Assembly (NCBI GenBank): GCA_945919295.1
Contig: CAMEJC010000003.1
Coordinates: 1-49,951 of the forward strand
Source: an uncultured Mycoplasmatota bacterium
Lineage (GTDB): Bacteria > Bacillota_I > Bacilli_A > RF39 > UBA660
Direction: 5' to 3'
DNA length: 49,951 nucleotides
Part shown: in pieces, positions 28,734-38,890 of the stretch
Layout: each line of letters opens with the position of its first letter
Numbering within the stretch: the stretch's first letter is position 1
Translations under genes and position numbers: made by a program
Notes under the pieces: model-generated
Told to the model about the DNA's origin: nothing
Databases searched by the model: none
Seen by the model: only the letters and a program-made list of their open reading frames with translations

Positions 28734-29480
28734 ATGAGAATGATTTTGAAGAAAACTAAAAAAAAGAAAAATGGATTATTAATAACTATAGCAATACTTA
28801 TATCTGTAATGACGATGACATTTCTTTTTATAAATTATTATTCAAAAAAAGCCCTCCCTCTTATTCTGTCTTATGCTGAAGCTGAGACAAAAAAATTAAC
28901 TATATTAGTTATCAACAAAGCTGTTACTAAGCAAATAAATGATATGGATACTGATGAACTATTTGATATAGCCTATAATAAAGATGGAGAAATAACATTA
29001 ATTGATTTTAATTCTAAAAAAACATCTAAAATATTAAGTACCATGACTAGTCTAGTAGAATTAAATTTACGAGCAGTAGAAGAAGGAAAAATCGATATGT
29101 TAGAACTGCCAGATAACAGCTTAAGCGATTACAACATGAATTTATTAGAAAAAGGAATAATCGTCGAAGTGCCTCTCGGAATAATTACAAATTCTAGTCT
29201 ATTATACAATATCGGACCCAAAATACCCGTCAAATTATCTTTAGTTGGAGATGTAGTTACAGGTTTTAGTTCCGAAGTAGTAGAATATGGGATAAATAAT
29301 GCTCTATTAAAATTGATGATTGATATCAAAGTTGATACAAAGATAATCCTCCCAATTGTCAGTGATCAAATAACCATTGATTGTAGTATTCCCATAGCCA
29401 TGAAAGTGATTCAAGGCAAAATTCCGAGTTACTATATAGATGGATTTACTACAAAATCAAACATAGTCGAAGGAAACTAA
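28734..29480 (+). CDS. yunB: Sporulation protein YunB
   Basis: N-terminal TM, VPLGIIT...NIGPKIPVK, EYGINNAL and VIQGKIPSYY. Confidence 0.88.
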   Translation: MRMILKKTKKKKNGLLITIAILISVMTMTFLFINYYSKKALPLILSYAEAETKKLTILVINKAVTKQINDMDTDELFDIAYNKDGEITLIDFNSKKTSKILSTMTSLVELNLRAVEEGKIDMLELPDNSLSDYNMNLLEKGIIVEVPLGIITNSSLLYNIGPKIPVKLSLVGDVVTGFSSEVVEYGINNALLKLMIDIKVDTKIILPIVSDQITIDCSIPIAMKVIQGKIPSYYIDGFTTKSNIVEGN

Positions 29481-29512
29481 ACTGTCTATCGTTGTAAATA
29501 GACAGTTTTTTT
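29479..29512 (+). terminator. Intrinsic terminator after yunB
   Basis: AAACTGTCTA / TAGACAGTTT stem plus T-run. Confidence 0.7.
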
Positions 29513-29565
29513 CCTTTACATATCTACTTTTTTCATATATAATAAGGGTATAACAAGGTGATAAA

Positions 29566-30876
29566 ATGAAATTAACTACTGACGTTGTAAAAAAAATATC
29601 AAAAATAAAAAACGAACCCGAATGGATGTTAAATTTTAGACTTACAGCTTTAGATGCTTTTAATAAAAGTAATAATCCATCATTTGGACCCAAACTAGAT
29701 ATCGATTATGAAAGTATAAATTATTATAAAGAAAGAGAGAATAATCTAACTGATAATTGGAATAATATATCATGTGAAGTTAGAAATCTCTTTGATAATT
29801 TGGGAGTAATATCCGCTGAAAAAAAATTTATGGGTGGAGTAGGAGCTCAGTATGATAGTGAAGTAATTTATCATAATATGAATAAAGAATTAAAAGAAAA
29901 AAATATAATCTTTTTAGATACCGATACTGCTCTAAAACAGCATCCAGAAATATTCAAAAAATATTTTAATAAACTAGTTAAATATAACGAAAATAAATTT
30001 ACTGCCTTAAATGGAGCAGTATGGTCAGGTGGAACTTTTATTTATATTCCCCCAAATACTCATTTAGATAGACCACTTCAAAGTTATTTTCGCATAAACA
30101 GCAAAAATATGGGACAATTTGAAAGAACTCTTATAATTGTTGATGACAATAGTTCTCTTCATTATATAGAGGGCTGCACCGCTCCAACATATACAGAAGA
30201 TTCTCTTCATGCTGCAGTAGTAGAAATATTTGTCGGTAAAAATTCCACTTGTAGGTATACTACTATACAAAACTGGTCGACTGATGTTTATAACTTAGTT
30301 ACCAAAAGAGCAATAGTTGAAGAAAATGGATTAATGGAATGGATTGATGGTAATATTGGATCAAAAACCAATATGAAATATCCATGTTGCATATTAAAAG
30401 GAAATAATTCCCGTGGTAGTTGTATAACAGTAGCAGCAGCAGGATCAGGTCAAATACAAGATAGTGGTGCCAAGATGATTCACTTGGGACAAAATACAAA
30501 AAGTAACATTGTATCTAAATCTATAGCTTCAGGTGGTGGCTTAGCAACATATCGTGGTGAAGTAAAAATATCCAAGAATGCTATCAATTCCAAAGCAGCA
30601 GTGAAATGTGATACTTTGATACTAGATGATATTTCAAAAAGTGATACCATTCCCACTAATATTGTAAATAACAATTCATCATTCCTAGAACATGAAGCAA
30701 CAGTATCAAAAATATCGGAAGACAAATTATTTTATTTAATGTCAAAAGGAATCAGCGAAGAAGCTGCCAAAGAACTAATAATAATGGGATTTATTGGAGT
30801 CTTTAGAGAAGAATTACCAATGGAATATGCCGTTGAGTTAAATAGACTTTTAGCACTTAATATAGGAGATAAATAA
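29566..30876 (+). CDS. sufB: Fe-S cluster assembly scaffold SufB
   Basis: EPEWML, AVWSGG, GQFERTLII, YIEGCTAP, LHAAVVE, HEATVSKI and ELPMEYAVE. Confidence 0.95.
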   Translation: MKLTTDVVKKISKIKNEPEWMLNFRLTALDAFNKSNNPSFGPKLDIDYESINYYKERENNLTDNWNNISCEVRNLFDNLGVISAEKKFMGGVGAQYDSEVIYHNMNKELKEKNIIFLDTDTALKQHPEIFKKYFNKLVKYNENKFTALNGAVWSGGTFIYIPPNTHLDRPLQSYFRINSKNMGQFERTLIIVDDNSSLHYIEGCTAPTYTEDSLHAAVVEIFVGKNSTCRYTTIQNWSTDVYNLVTKRAIVEENGLMEWIDGNIGSKTNMKYPCCILKGNNSRGSCITVAAAGSGQIQDSGAKMIHLGQNTKSNIVSKSIASGGGLATYRGEVKISKNAINSKAAVKCDTLILDDISKSDTIPTNIVNNNSSFLEHEATVSKISEDKLFYLMSKGISEEAAKELIIMGFIGVFREELPMEYAVELNRLLALNIGDK

Positions 30877-32160
30877 ATGAAGAAATTAATTAAAGTAATA
30901 TTTATATTATTAATATTAGTTCTTTTAGGATATTTCATATATGTAAACTATATAAAAGAAGAAATACCCAAAAAAGAAACTGAAGAAGAATTAGCGTCAA
31001 TATCTGAATATTTTATATATGGAAATCACTTAAATATTAAAGGGAGTTTAGAAATTACTGATAAAAATTATCAAAGTATAGTCTTAACATTGTATAATGG
31101 TAAAGATAAAGATATCAAAGTGAATACCGAAATTGAAGATAATAAAATAAATTTTAATACATCCAAATATATAAATGAGGGAATATATTTAGATGATTTA
31201 GAAAGAGGTACATATTACTTATTTTTAAAATTGACTTATGAAAACCCTGAAGAGCAAGAAAGACCAATTGAAAAGTACTACATTTTAAAAAATGAAACCA
31301 ATTATAAAGAAACTACATATTATACTTTATCAAAATACAATAATATAGTATTAATAAATTCACAAAATGACTATGGTACTATATCTTTCAATATAGAAGA
31401 AAATAAAACAAATGATGACATATATGATATAACAATTGATCCAGGACATGGTGGCATGGATGGTGGTGGATCATCAGGAGATTATAAAGAAACAGATTTT
31501 ACTATGGATATCAGCAAAAAAATAAAAAGCAATCTAGAAGAGGCAGGTTTAAAAGTAAAACTAACTCATGAAGAAGATGAATTAACAAAAAATGATATCT
31601 TAGATGAATATAATGAACATGGAAGGGCAGTAATACCCAATGAAGTAAAATCAAAATATACTTTTTCTATCCATATCAATAAAAATACTTCATCACAAGT
31701 AAGAGGTATTGAAGTTTATACCGCTGATAATATAAATTATGATTTAGCAAAATCACTTGCTGAAAATATAACAACAGAAACAGAACTTGATTATTCATCA
31801 AACAAACTATACAAAGTATACAATAGTGTTTATACACATAATTTTACTGAACAAGAAATTTCATCTTCATTAAAAGGATATGAAGAAAAAAATCGTGTTC
31901 CTTATAATGTAACAACTAATTCTAATTATCTATATATGATAAGAGAAACAGGAGGATACATGACTGGTGCTTATGTCGATGATAGTAACCCGGATTCAGT
32001 AGGAGTAAATCCATATTATAATAGTAATATTGGTAATGAATCTTATTTATTAGAACTAGGATATATTTCGAATTCAAAAGATTTAGAGATACTATTAAAG
32101 AGTAAAGAAAAAGTGGCTGATGCCATTTCCGAAGCTATCAAAGCAGAATTAGGTTTATAA
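30877..32160 (+). CDS. Membrane-anchored N-acetylmuramoyl-L-alanine amidase (Amidase_3)
   Basis: IDPGHGG, SIHIN, GIEVY and LLELGYISN. Confidence 0.88.
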   Translation: MKKLIKVIFILLILVLLGYFIYVNYIKEEIPKKETEEELASISEYFIYGNHLNIKGSLEITDKNYQSIVLTLYNGKDKDIKVNTEIEDNKINFNTSKYINEGIYLDDLERGTYYLFLKLTYENPEEQERPIEKYYILKNETNYKETTYYTLSKYNNIVLINSQNDYGTISFNIEENKTNDDIYDITIDPGHGGMDGGGSSGDYKETDFTMDISKKIKSNLEEAGLKVKLTHEEDELTKNDILDEYNEHGRAVIPNEVKSKYTFSIHINKNTSSQVRGIEVYTADNINYDLAKSLAENITTETELDYSSNKLYKVYNSVYTHNFTEQEISSSLKGYEEKNRVPYNVTTNSNYLYMIRETGGYMTGAYVDDSNPDSVGVNPYYNSNIGNESYLLELGYISNSKDLEILLKSKEKVADAISEAIKAELGL

Positions 32161-32246
32161 AGTGTCAAATTTGTGTCAAATGAACAATTTAAGTAAAAAA
32201 ACTTTTTACCCCCCTAAAAAGCAACCAAAAAAATTTTCAAAGACTT

Positions 32247-32325
32247 AAAAAGTCTTTTTTTAAAGAAAAAAAAGTTCAAAAAAGTCTTTTAAGAATTTGT
32301 ATTGAATTTCAGTATATGCTATATT
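32247..32325 (+). promoter_or_regulatory. ssb promoter with two upstream AAAA-N5-TTTT boxes
   Basis: Boxes at 32247-32259 and 32278-32290; TTGTAT(32297)-17-TATATT(32320) with TGn extension. Confidence 0.5.
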
Positions 32326-32344
32326 TCCTTCGAAAGGAGGTATT

Positions 32345-32713
32345 ATGGTTAATCAAATTGTTTTAGTAGGAAGAATCGCTCGAGCACCAGAAACAAAAAC
32401 AACAGAAACTGGTAAAAAAGTGGCAACTTTAACTCTTGCTGTTCCAAGAAATTATAAAAATGCTAATGGCGAATATGATACTGATTTCTTGGATTGCACA
32501 TTGTGGTCAGCAGTAGCAGAATCAACAAGCGAATATTGTAAAACGGGCGATATGATTGGTGTAAAAGGCCGTCTTCAATCAAGAATTATTGATACGCCTG
32601 AAGGAGTAAAAAAAAGAAAAACAGAGATAATAGCAGAAAAAGTAACATTTCTAACATCAAATCCTTCGCGTAAAAAAAATGAAGAAATAGATGAAGAACA
32701 AAAAGCAGATTAA
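32345..32713 (+). CDS. ssb: Single-stranded DNA-binding protein, short SsbB-like form
   Basis: NQIVLVGR, TLAVPR, TDFLDC and GVKGRLQSR; 122 aa; no C-terminal PF tip; terminator at 32701-32725. Confidence 0.92.
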   Translation: MVNQIVLVGRIARAPETKTTETGKKVATLTLAVPRNYKNANGEYDTDFLDCTLWSAVAESTSEYCKTGDMIGVKGRLQSRIIDTPEGVKKRKTEIIAEKVTFLTSNPSRKKNEEIDEEQKAD

Positions 32714-32875
32714 ATTCTGCTTTTTACTTTTAAATATTAACTTATCAGTCAACCATTACTTTTAAATCAATAAAAAAAGTTAACATATTGTTAATTATAT
32801 ATACATTTCAATTATTTTGTTATAAAATAATATTAACAAGCAGATAACTAATTAATAAGGAAGGAACAAAATAAA

Positions 32876-33229
32876 ATGATTGGTAAAAGAGTAAGAGAAT
32901 TAAGAATGGAAAAAGGGTTATCGCAACAAGAATTAGGAATAGCAATTGGAGTTACCAAGGTATCAATTTGCGGATATGAAAACGGTACTAGACTTCCCAA
33001 TTTGGAAAAATTAATAAAACTAGCAGACATATTAGAAACCACTACTGATTATCTATTAGGAAGAGAAGTTATCGTAATGAATGAAGAGAATAAAACTTAC
33101 ATTGGTTCTATTTGTTATGAAGATGTATGTTTTATACAAGAACTTAGACATTATCCTAATTTATATAATAAATTACTCAAAGATGCTAAAAGATCTGCAA
33201 GTATCATAAACAAAAGATTAATAAAGTGA
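32876..33229 (+). CDS. XRE-family HTH transcriptional regulator
   Basis: LRMEKGLSQQELG...ICGYENG...TTDYLLG. Confidence 0.9.
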   Translation: MIGKRVRELRMEKGLSQQELGIAIGVTKVSICGYENGTRLPNLEKLIKLADILETTTDYLLGREVIVMNEENKTYIGSICYEDVCFIQELRHYPNLYNKLLKDAKRSASIINKRLIK

Positions 33230-33242
33230 AAGAAGGAAAATT

Positions 33243-34616
33243 ATGTTAGATATTAGAGATTTGTATGAAAAAGATTTTATTGATAAAGAAGTAACAATAA
33301 GCGGATGGATAAGAAATCACCGAAAACAAGCTCATTTTGGTTTTATTGATCTATCAGATGGAACTTATTTTAAAAATTTACAAGTTGTATATGATGATGG
33401 TCAAAACGACTTTGAAGAAATAACAAAACTAAAATTAGGTGCTGCTATTACCGTAACAGGAAAATTGGTTAAATCACCCAAAGAAGGACAAGAATTTGAA
33501 TTAAATCTAACTTCGTATGTTCTCGAAGGAGAGTGCTCAGATGATTATCCATTGCAGGCTAAAGGAAGACCAACAAGAGAATTTTTAAGAGAAATAGCTT
33601 ATTTAAGACCAAGAACAAATTTATATAATGCAACATTTAGAGTTAGAAGTGTAGCAGCTTATGCAATACATAAATACTTTCAAGAAAATAACTATGTATA
33701 TTTCCATGCTCCTTTAATAACATCATCTGATTGTGAGGGAGCAGGTCAAATGTTTGAAGTAACAACTTTAGATTTAGATAGAGTTGCTAATACCGGTAAA
33801 GTTGATTATACTAAAGATTTCTTTGGAAAAAAAGCATCTCTTACAGTATCAGGACAATTAGAAGCAGAAACATTTGCCATGGCTTATAAAAAGGTATATA
33901 CTTTTGGTCCAACTTTTAGAGCTGAGAATTCAAACACTAAAACACATGCTTCCGAGTTTTGGATGATTGAACCAGAAGTAGCATTTTGTGACCTTGAAGG
34001 TGACATGGATATAATGGAAGATATGCTTAAATACGTTGTTAAATACGTTTTAGATAATTGTTCAAATGAAATGGAATTTTTTGATAAATTTGTTGAGAAA
34101 GGATTAATCGAAAAATTAACTAAATTAGTAAACAGTAAATTTGTTCGAGTAGATCATGAAGAAGTAATAAATATTTTAAAAAAAGCAAAAGTAAAATGGG
34201 AATTTGAACCAGAATATGGTGAAGATATTGCTAGAGAACACGAAAAATATATTACTGAATATTTTGGTGGACCAGTCTTTATTAAAAATTGGCCAAAAGA
34301 TATAAAAGCCTTTTATATGAAACAAAATCCAGATGGCAAAACAGTAGCAGCAGTTGACCTAGAAGTTCCAGGAGCAGGAGAATTAATGGGTGGAAGCCAA
34401 AGAGAAGAAGATTATGATAAATTACTAGATAGAATGAAAGAGTTAGGTATTGAAGAATCATCAATGGAATGGTATTTAAATTTAAGACGTTTCGGAGGTT
34501 GTGTTCATTCAGGATTTGGTATGGGATTTGAAAGATTATTAATCTATTTAACAGGAGTAGATAATATCAGAGATGTAATACCATACCCAAGAACTCCAGG
34601 TAATTGTGATTACTAA
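33243..34616 (+). CDS. asnS: Asparagine--tRNA ligase
   Basis: OB-fold start, LTVSGQL, GPTFRAENS, EFWMIEPE, GGSQRE and GFGMGFER. Confidence 0.96.
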   Translation: MLDIRDLYEKDFIDKEVTISGWIRNHRKQAHFGFIDLSDGTYFKNLQVVYDDGQNDFEEITKLKLGAAITVTGKLVKSPKEGQEFELNLTSYVLEGECSDDYPLQAKGRPTREFLREIAYLRPRTNLYNATFRVRSVAAYAIHKYFQENNYVYFHAPLITSSDCEGAGQMFEVTTLDLDRVANTGKVDYTKDFFGKKASLTVSGQLEAETFAMAYKKVYTFGPTFRAENSNTKTHASEFWMIEPEVAFCDLEGDMDIMEDMLKYVVKYVLDNCSNEMEFFDKFVEKGLIEKLTKLVNSKFVRVDHEEVINILKKAKVKWEFEPEYGEDIAREHEKYITEYFGGPVFIKNWPKDIKAFYMKQNPDGKTVAAVDLEVPGAGELMGGSQREEDYDKLLDRMKELGIEESSMEWYLNLRRFGGCVHSGFGMGFERLLIYLTGVDNIRDVIPYPRTPGNCDY

Positions 34617-34711
34617 AAAAATAGTTAGAAATAACTGTTTTTTTTGTTAAAAATTACCATTATATATTGCATATATTTGTTAATACTATAATTAGAAAGG
34701 AGTAATTTTTT

Positions 34712-35251
34712 ATGAAGAAAGCTTTATTAATAATTGCAGTAATCGCAGTATTATCAGGTTGTGGAACTACAGAAACATTAACTTGTACGACCAACAACAC
34801 TGTAGGTACTTTAACTTCAAAATCAACATATAAAATTGACTATATGAATAACGAAGTAAAAAAATTAACTGTCACTTATGAATATAATGATAATCATACA
34901 GATGGCGTTGGAACAGGAACAGATGGTACAACTGATGATACGGACACTGACAATGATGGAATTATTGATGGTGTCGTAGGAGAAGCACTAGATGATGTCG
35001 TAACCGGAGTTTCTGATGGTATTTTAGATATAGCAGGTATTAAATCAAGACATAATGCAAGATTTGGAACATATACTAATACTGAAGGATTTATGACTAA
35101 AATTGATAATGATAACGATAAAGATTATAAAGTAACTTATACTTACGATTTGTCAAAGTTATCTGATACAGATTTAGCAGCATTTGGTATAGATAGAGAT
35201 TTTAATACTCAAAAGACTACTTATACTAATCGTGGTCTAACTTGTAAATAA
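34712..35251 (+). CDS. Lipoprotein (YehR/DUF1307-like) with acidic insertion
   Basis: Lipobox VLSGC; TLTCT...GLTCK Cys pair; terminator at 35266-35293. Confidence 0.7.
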   Translation: MKKALLIIAVIAVLSGCGTTETLTCTTNNTVGTLTSKSTYKIDYMNNEVKKLTVTYEYNDNHTDGVGTGTDGTTDDTDTDNDGIIDGVVGEALDDVVTGVSDGILDIAGIKSRHNARFGTYTNTEGFMTKIDNDNDKDYKVTYTYDLSKLSDTDLAAFGIDRDFNTQKTTYTNRGLTCK

Positions 35252-35373
35252 AAATATAAGATATTAAGTGTAACCAAAAAAGTTACACTTTTTAATTTTT
35301 AAATAGAGTTGTCATTTTGAGACATTTATGATAAAATTATATCGTATGATAAATAATAGAAAGAGGGATATAA

Positions 35374-38300
35374 ATGACAAAGTATAAAACAATGGATGCT
35401 AACGAAGCGGTCGCTAGAGTAGCTTATAAATTTACCGAAGTAGCAGGCATTTATCCAATAACACCAGCTTCTCCAATGGCTGAAAAAATAGATGTTTTAA
35501 GTAGCGGTAGCGAAATAAATTTTTGGGGTAATCCTGTTAAAGTGGTCGAGATGCAATCCGAAGCAGGAGCAATAGCTTTAGTCCATGGAAGTCTTCAAAG
35601 TGGTATATTATCAAGTACATTTACAGCAAGTCAAGGACTACTTTTGATGATACCAACCCTATATAAATTAGCAGGTGAAATGTTACCAGGAGTTATTCAT
35701 GTTGCTGCAAGAAGTTTGTCTACCCATGCCCTTAGCATTTTTGGCGATCATCAAGACATTTATAGTGTAAGACAAACTGGAGTATGTATGTTATCATCAT
35801 CATCTCCTGAAGAAGCATACCATATGGCAATGATTGCTCATCTATCAAGTATTAAATCATCTCTTCCATTTATCAACTTTTTTGACGGATTTAGAACAAG
35901 CCATGAAATAGATAAAATAAAGGAAGTCGATTTAGCAAAGATAGAATCCTTAATTGATAAAAAAGCTCTCAATTCATTTCGTGAAAGAGCTATTAGCAAT
36001 TCTAAATTTAATACTAGGGGAACTGCTCAAAATGATGATATTTATTTTCAAAATACCGAAGCAAGAAATAAGGCATATGAAGAAGTAGTAGAAATAGTAG
36101 AAAACTACATGTCAAAAATCAATAAAATTACTAAAAAGAATTACAAATTATTCAATTATTATGGCGATCCTAATGCAACTTCTATAATTATAGCCATGGG
36201 ATCAGTATGTGAATGTATTGAAGAAACCATTGATAAATTAAATACTCAAGGATATAAAGTTGGTTTAGTTAAAGTTCATTTATATCGCCCATTTAGCATC
36301 AAACATTTATTAGAAGTCATTCCCAAAACAGTTCAAGAAGTAGCAGTATTAGATAGGACTAAAGAAGCAGGATCATCTGGTGAACCATTATATTTAGATG
36401 TAGTTAATGCTTTAAAAGACACTAGTATCAAAGTAATTGGTGGAAGATATGGCTTATCATCAAAGAATACAACACCTGCAATGATAAAAGCTGTATATGA
36501 TAATTTAAAAAAAGAAAAGAAAAATAATTTCACTATTGGTATAAGTGACGATGTAACAAATTTAAGTTTAGACTATGATATTAATTTTAAATTAAATAAT
36601 AATAATTATCAAATGTTAATCTATGGCTATGGATCAGATGGAATGGTTTCAACCTCTAAAGATATATTAAAAATAATTGGAGATAATACGAGTAAATTTG
36701 TTCAAGGATACTTTCAATATGATTCAAAAAAATCTGGTGGTGTAACTAGAAGTCATATCAGAATATCTGAAAAAGAAATAAAAAGCACCTATTATATAGA
36801 TAATCCTGATTTTATAATTGTATCTAAAGATACCTATATGTATAAATATGATATTTTAGATAATTTAAAAGAAAACGGAATTTTGCTTTTAAATACAAGT
36901 CTTAAAGAAGAAGGTTTAATAAAATCACTTCCTAATAAAGTAAAATATTTACTCTCTACAAAAAATATCAAATTTTATACAATAGATGCTTATAAATTAG
37001 TAGGAGAATTAGGATTAAAAAATAAAATAAATACCTGCATGGAAATATGTATCTTTAAGATAATGAATTTATATGATATAAATAAAGTAATAACCATTAT
37101 GAAAAAAAATAATAAAACAAGATTTATTTCCAAAGGTCAAAATATTATTGATATTAATAATCAAGTTATCGATAATTCCCTAAAATATTTAAAAGAAATA
37201 CCAGTAGAAGAATCTTGGAAAAATCTCGGATTTAAAGAAAATAAAAAATTAAGTTTCAATGAAACAATAAATTTACTTAAAGGAGATACACTTCCAGTAA
37301 GTAGTTTCTTAGACAAAAAAAATGGTGTTTTTGAAGGTGGAACAACCAAAGATGAAAAAAGAAATATAGCGGAGAATATTCCATGCTGGATACCAGAAAA
37401 TTGTATTCAGTGTAATCAGTGTGTCTTCTCATGTCCACATGGAGTAATAAGACCATTTTTATTAGATAAAAAAGATGAAAAAATAACAACAATACCTTCA
37501 ATAATGCCTAAGGATAAAGAATTTACCATCGGTATCAATTATGAAGAGTGCACTGGCTGTGGCGTTTGTGCAGTTACATGTCCAGGAAAATTAGGGCAAA
37601 AAGCTCTTACTATGGTGTCAAACACGAAACACGATGAAGACTTTGACTATTTATTAAAAAACAATGTCAATGATAAATATAAAAGCCAATTATTAACAGT
37701 AAAAAATGTTAGCTTCAACATGCCAAAATTCGAATATTCTGGAGCTTGTGCCGGCTGTGGAGAAACACCATATATAACCAATTTAACACGAGTCTTTCAA
37801 GATAATTTAGTAATTTCTAATGCTACAGGGTGCTCATCAATTTATGGAGGAAGTACTCCAAGTATGCCATATAGTGTTCCATGGGCTAGTTCATTATTTG
37901 AAGATAATTCCGAATATGGTTATGGCATTCTAACAGGTATCAATTTAAAAAGAAACAAAATAAAAAAATATATGAAAGAATATCCTCGTAACAAAACATT
38001 TAAAAAGTGGATTGACAACATGGATAATTATGAAATTTGCAAGGAAGTCAAAGATCATATTGATTATAAAAAACATCCATTCCTAAAAAATATGCAAGAT
38101 TATATTGTACCAAAATCACTATGGATAATAGGAGGTGATGGTTTTGCCTATGATATCGGTTATGGAGGTTTAGATCACATCCTATCTAAAAATGAAAATA
38201 TTAATATTTTAGTTTTAGATACCGAGGTATATTCCAATACTGGTGGTCAATCATCAAAGTCGTCTAATATTGGATCTATTGCCTCTTTCACTTCAAAAGG

Positions 38301-38748
38301 AAAAGAAAATTATAAAAAAGATTTAGCCCGTATTGCTATGTGTTATCCACATGTTTATGTTGCCTCTACTAATATAGGATATAATAAAGAGCAGTATCTG
38401 AAAGTTTTAAAAGAAGCTTCAGAACATAATGGACCATCACTTGTAATTGCCTATAGCCCATGTATTGAACATGGCATTAAGACAGGTATGGAACATTCTC
38501 AATCAAATGCCTATTTAGCAACAAATTGCGGTTATTTCTTAACTTTTAGATATAATCCAAACAACAAAAAACTAATTCTTGATTCTAAAAATCCAGATTT
38601 CACAAAATATGAAGATTATCTAATGACCGAAAATAGATTTGCTAACTTAAAGAGAGTAAATAAAGAAGAAGCAGAAGAAATACTAAATAGACAGAAAGAA
38701 TGGGCTATAAATAGATACAATTACTATAAGAAAATAAGTGAGGAATAA
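35374..38748 (+). CDS. nifJ: Pyruvate:ferredoxin (flavodoxin) oxidoreductase
   Basis: YPITP, MQSEAGA, FDGFRTSHE, two CxxCxxCxxxCP motifs, GACAGCGET and the GGDG TPP motif. Confidence 0.96.
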   Translation: MTKYKTMDANEAVARVAYKFTEVAGIYPITPASPMAEKIDVLSSGSEINFWGNPVKVVEMQSEAGAIALVHGSLQSGILSSTFTASQGLLLMIPTLYKLAGEMLPGVIHVAARSLSTHALSIFGDHQDIYSVRQTGVCMLSSSSPEEAYHMAMIAHLSSIKSSLPFINFFDGFRTSHEIDKIKEVDLAKIESLIDKKALNSFRERAISNSKFNTRGTAQNDDIYFQNTEARNKAYEEVVEIVENYMSKINKITKKNYKLFNYYGDPNATSIIIAMGSVCECIEETIDKLNTQGYKVGLVKVHLYRPFSIKHLLEVIPKTVQEVAVLDRTKEAGSSGEPLYLDVVNALKDTSIKVIGGRYGLSSKNTTPAMIKAVYDNLKKEKKNNFTIGISDDVTNLSLDYDINFKLNNNNYQMLIYGYGSDGMVSTSKDILKIIGDNTSKFVQGYFQYDSKKSGGVTRSHIRISEKEIKSTYYIDNPDFIIVSKDTYMYKYDILDNLKENGILLLNTSLKEEGLIKSLPNKVKYLLSTKNIKFYTIDAYKLVGELGLKNKINTCMEICIFKIMNLYDINKVITIMKKNNKTRFISKGQNIIDINNQVIDNSLKYLKEIPVEESWKNLGFKENKKLSFNETINLLKGDTLPVSSFLDKKNGVFEGGTTKDEKRNIAENIPCWIPENCIQCNQCVFSCPHGVIRPFLLDKKDEKITTIPSIMPKDKEFTIGINYEECTGCGVCAVTCPGKLGQKALTMVSNTKHDEDFDYLLKNNVNDKYKSQLLTVKNVSFNMPKFEYSGACAGCGETPYITNLTRVFQDNLVISNATGCSSIYGGSTPSMPYSVPWASSLFEDNSEYGYGILTGINLKRNKIKKYMKEYPRNKTFKKWIDNMDNYEICKEVKDHIDYKKHPFLKNMQDYIVPKSLWIIGGDGFAYDIGYGGLDHILSKNENINILVLDTEVYSNTGGQSSKSSNIGSIASFTSKGKENYKKDLARIAMCYPHVYVASTNIGYNKEQYLKVLKEASEHNGPSLVIAYSPCIEHGIKTGMEHSQSNAYLATNCGYFLTFRYNPNNKKLILDSKNPDFTKYEDYLMTENRFANLKRVNKEEAEEILNRQKEWAINRYNYYKKISEE

Positions 38749-38749
38749 A

Positions 38750-38890
38750 ATGGAAGAAAAAGAGTTTGAAACAGTTATACCGAAGGATATTAAGCCAATT
38801 GAATATGAAAAGGTTATTGAATTATCATTTGAAGATACTCTTAATTTAAAAGACGTAATTAAAGAAATTGAGGAAAAAGAAAATGAGTAA
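38750..38890 (+). CDS. Small acidic protein (46 aa), absent from the ORF track
   Basis: MEEKEFETVIPKDIKPIEYEKVIELSFEDTLNLKDVIKEIEEKENE; SD GAGGA; exactly bridges nifJ and the next gene. Confidence 0.6.
   Translation: MEEKEFETVIPKDIKPIEYEKVIELSFEDTLNLKDVIKEIEEKENE

Noticed and set aside
33230-33242. T-box leader for asnS
   Set aside because: Only 13 bp separate asnS from the XRE gene, and no T-box sequence is visible upstream.
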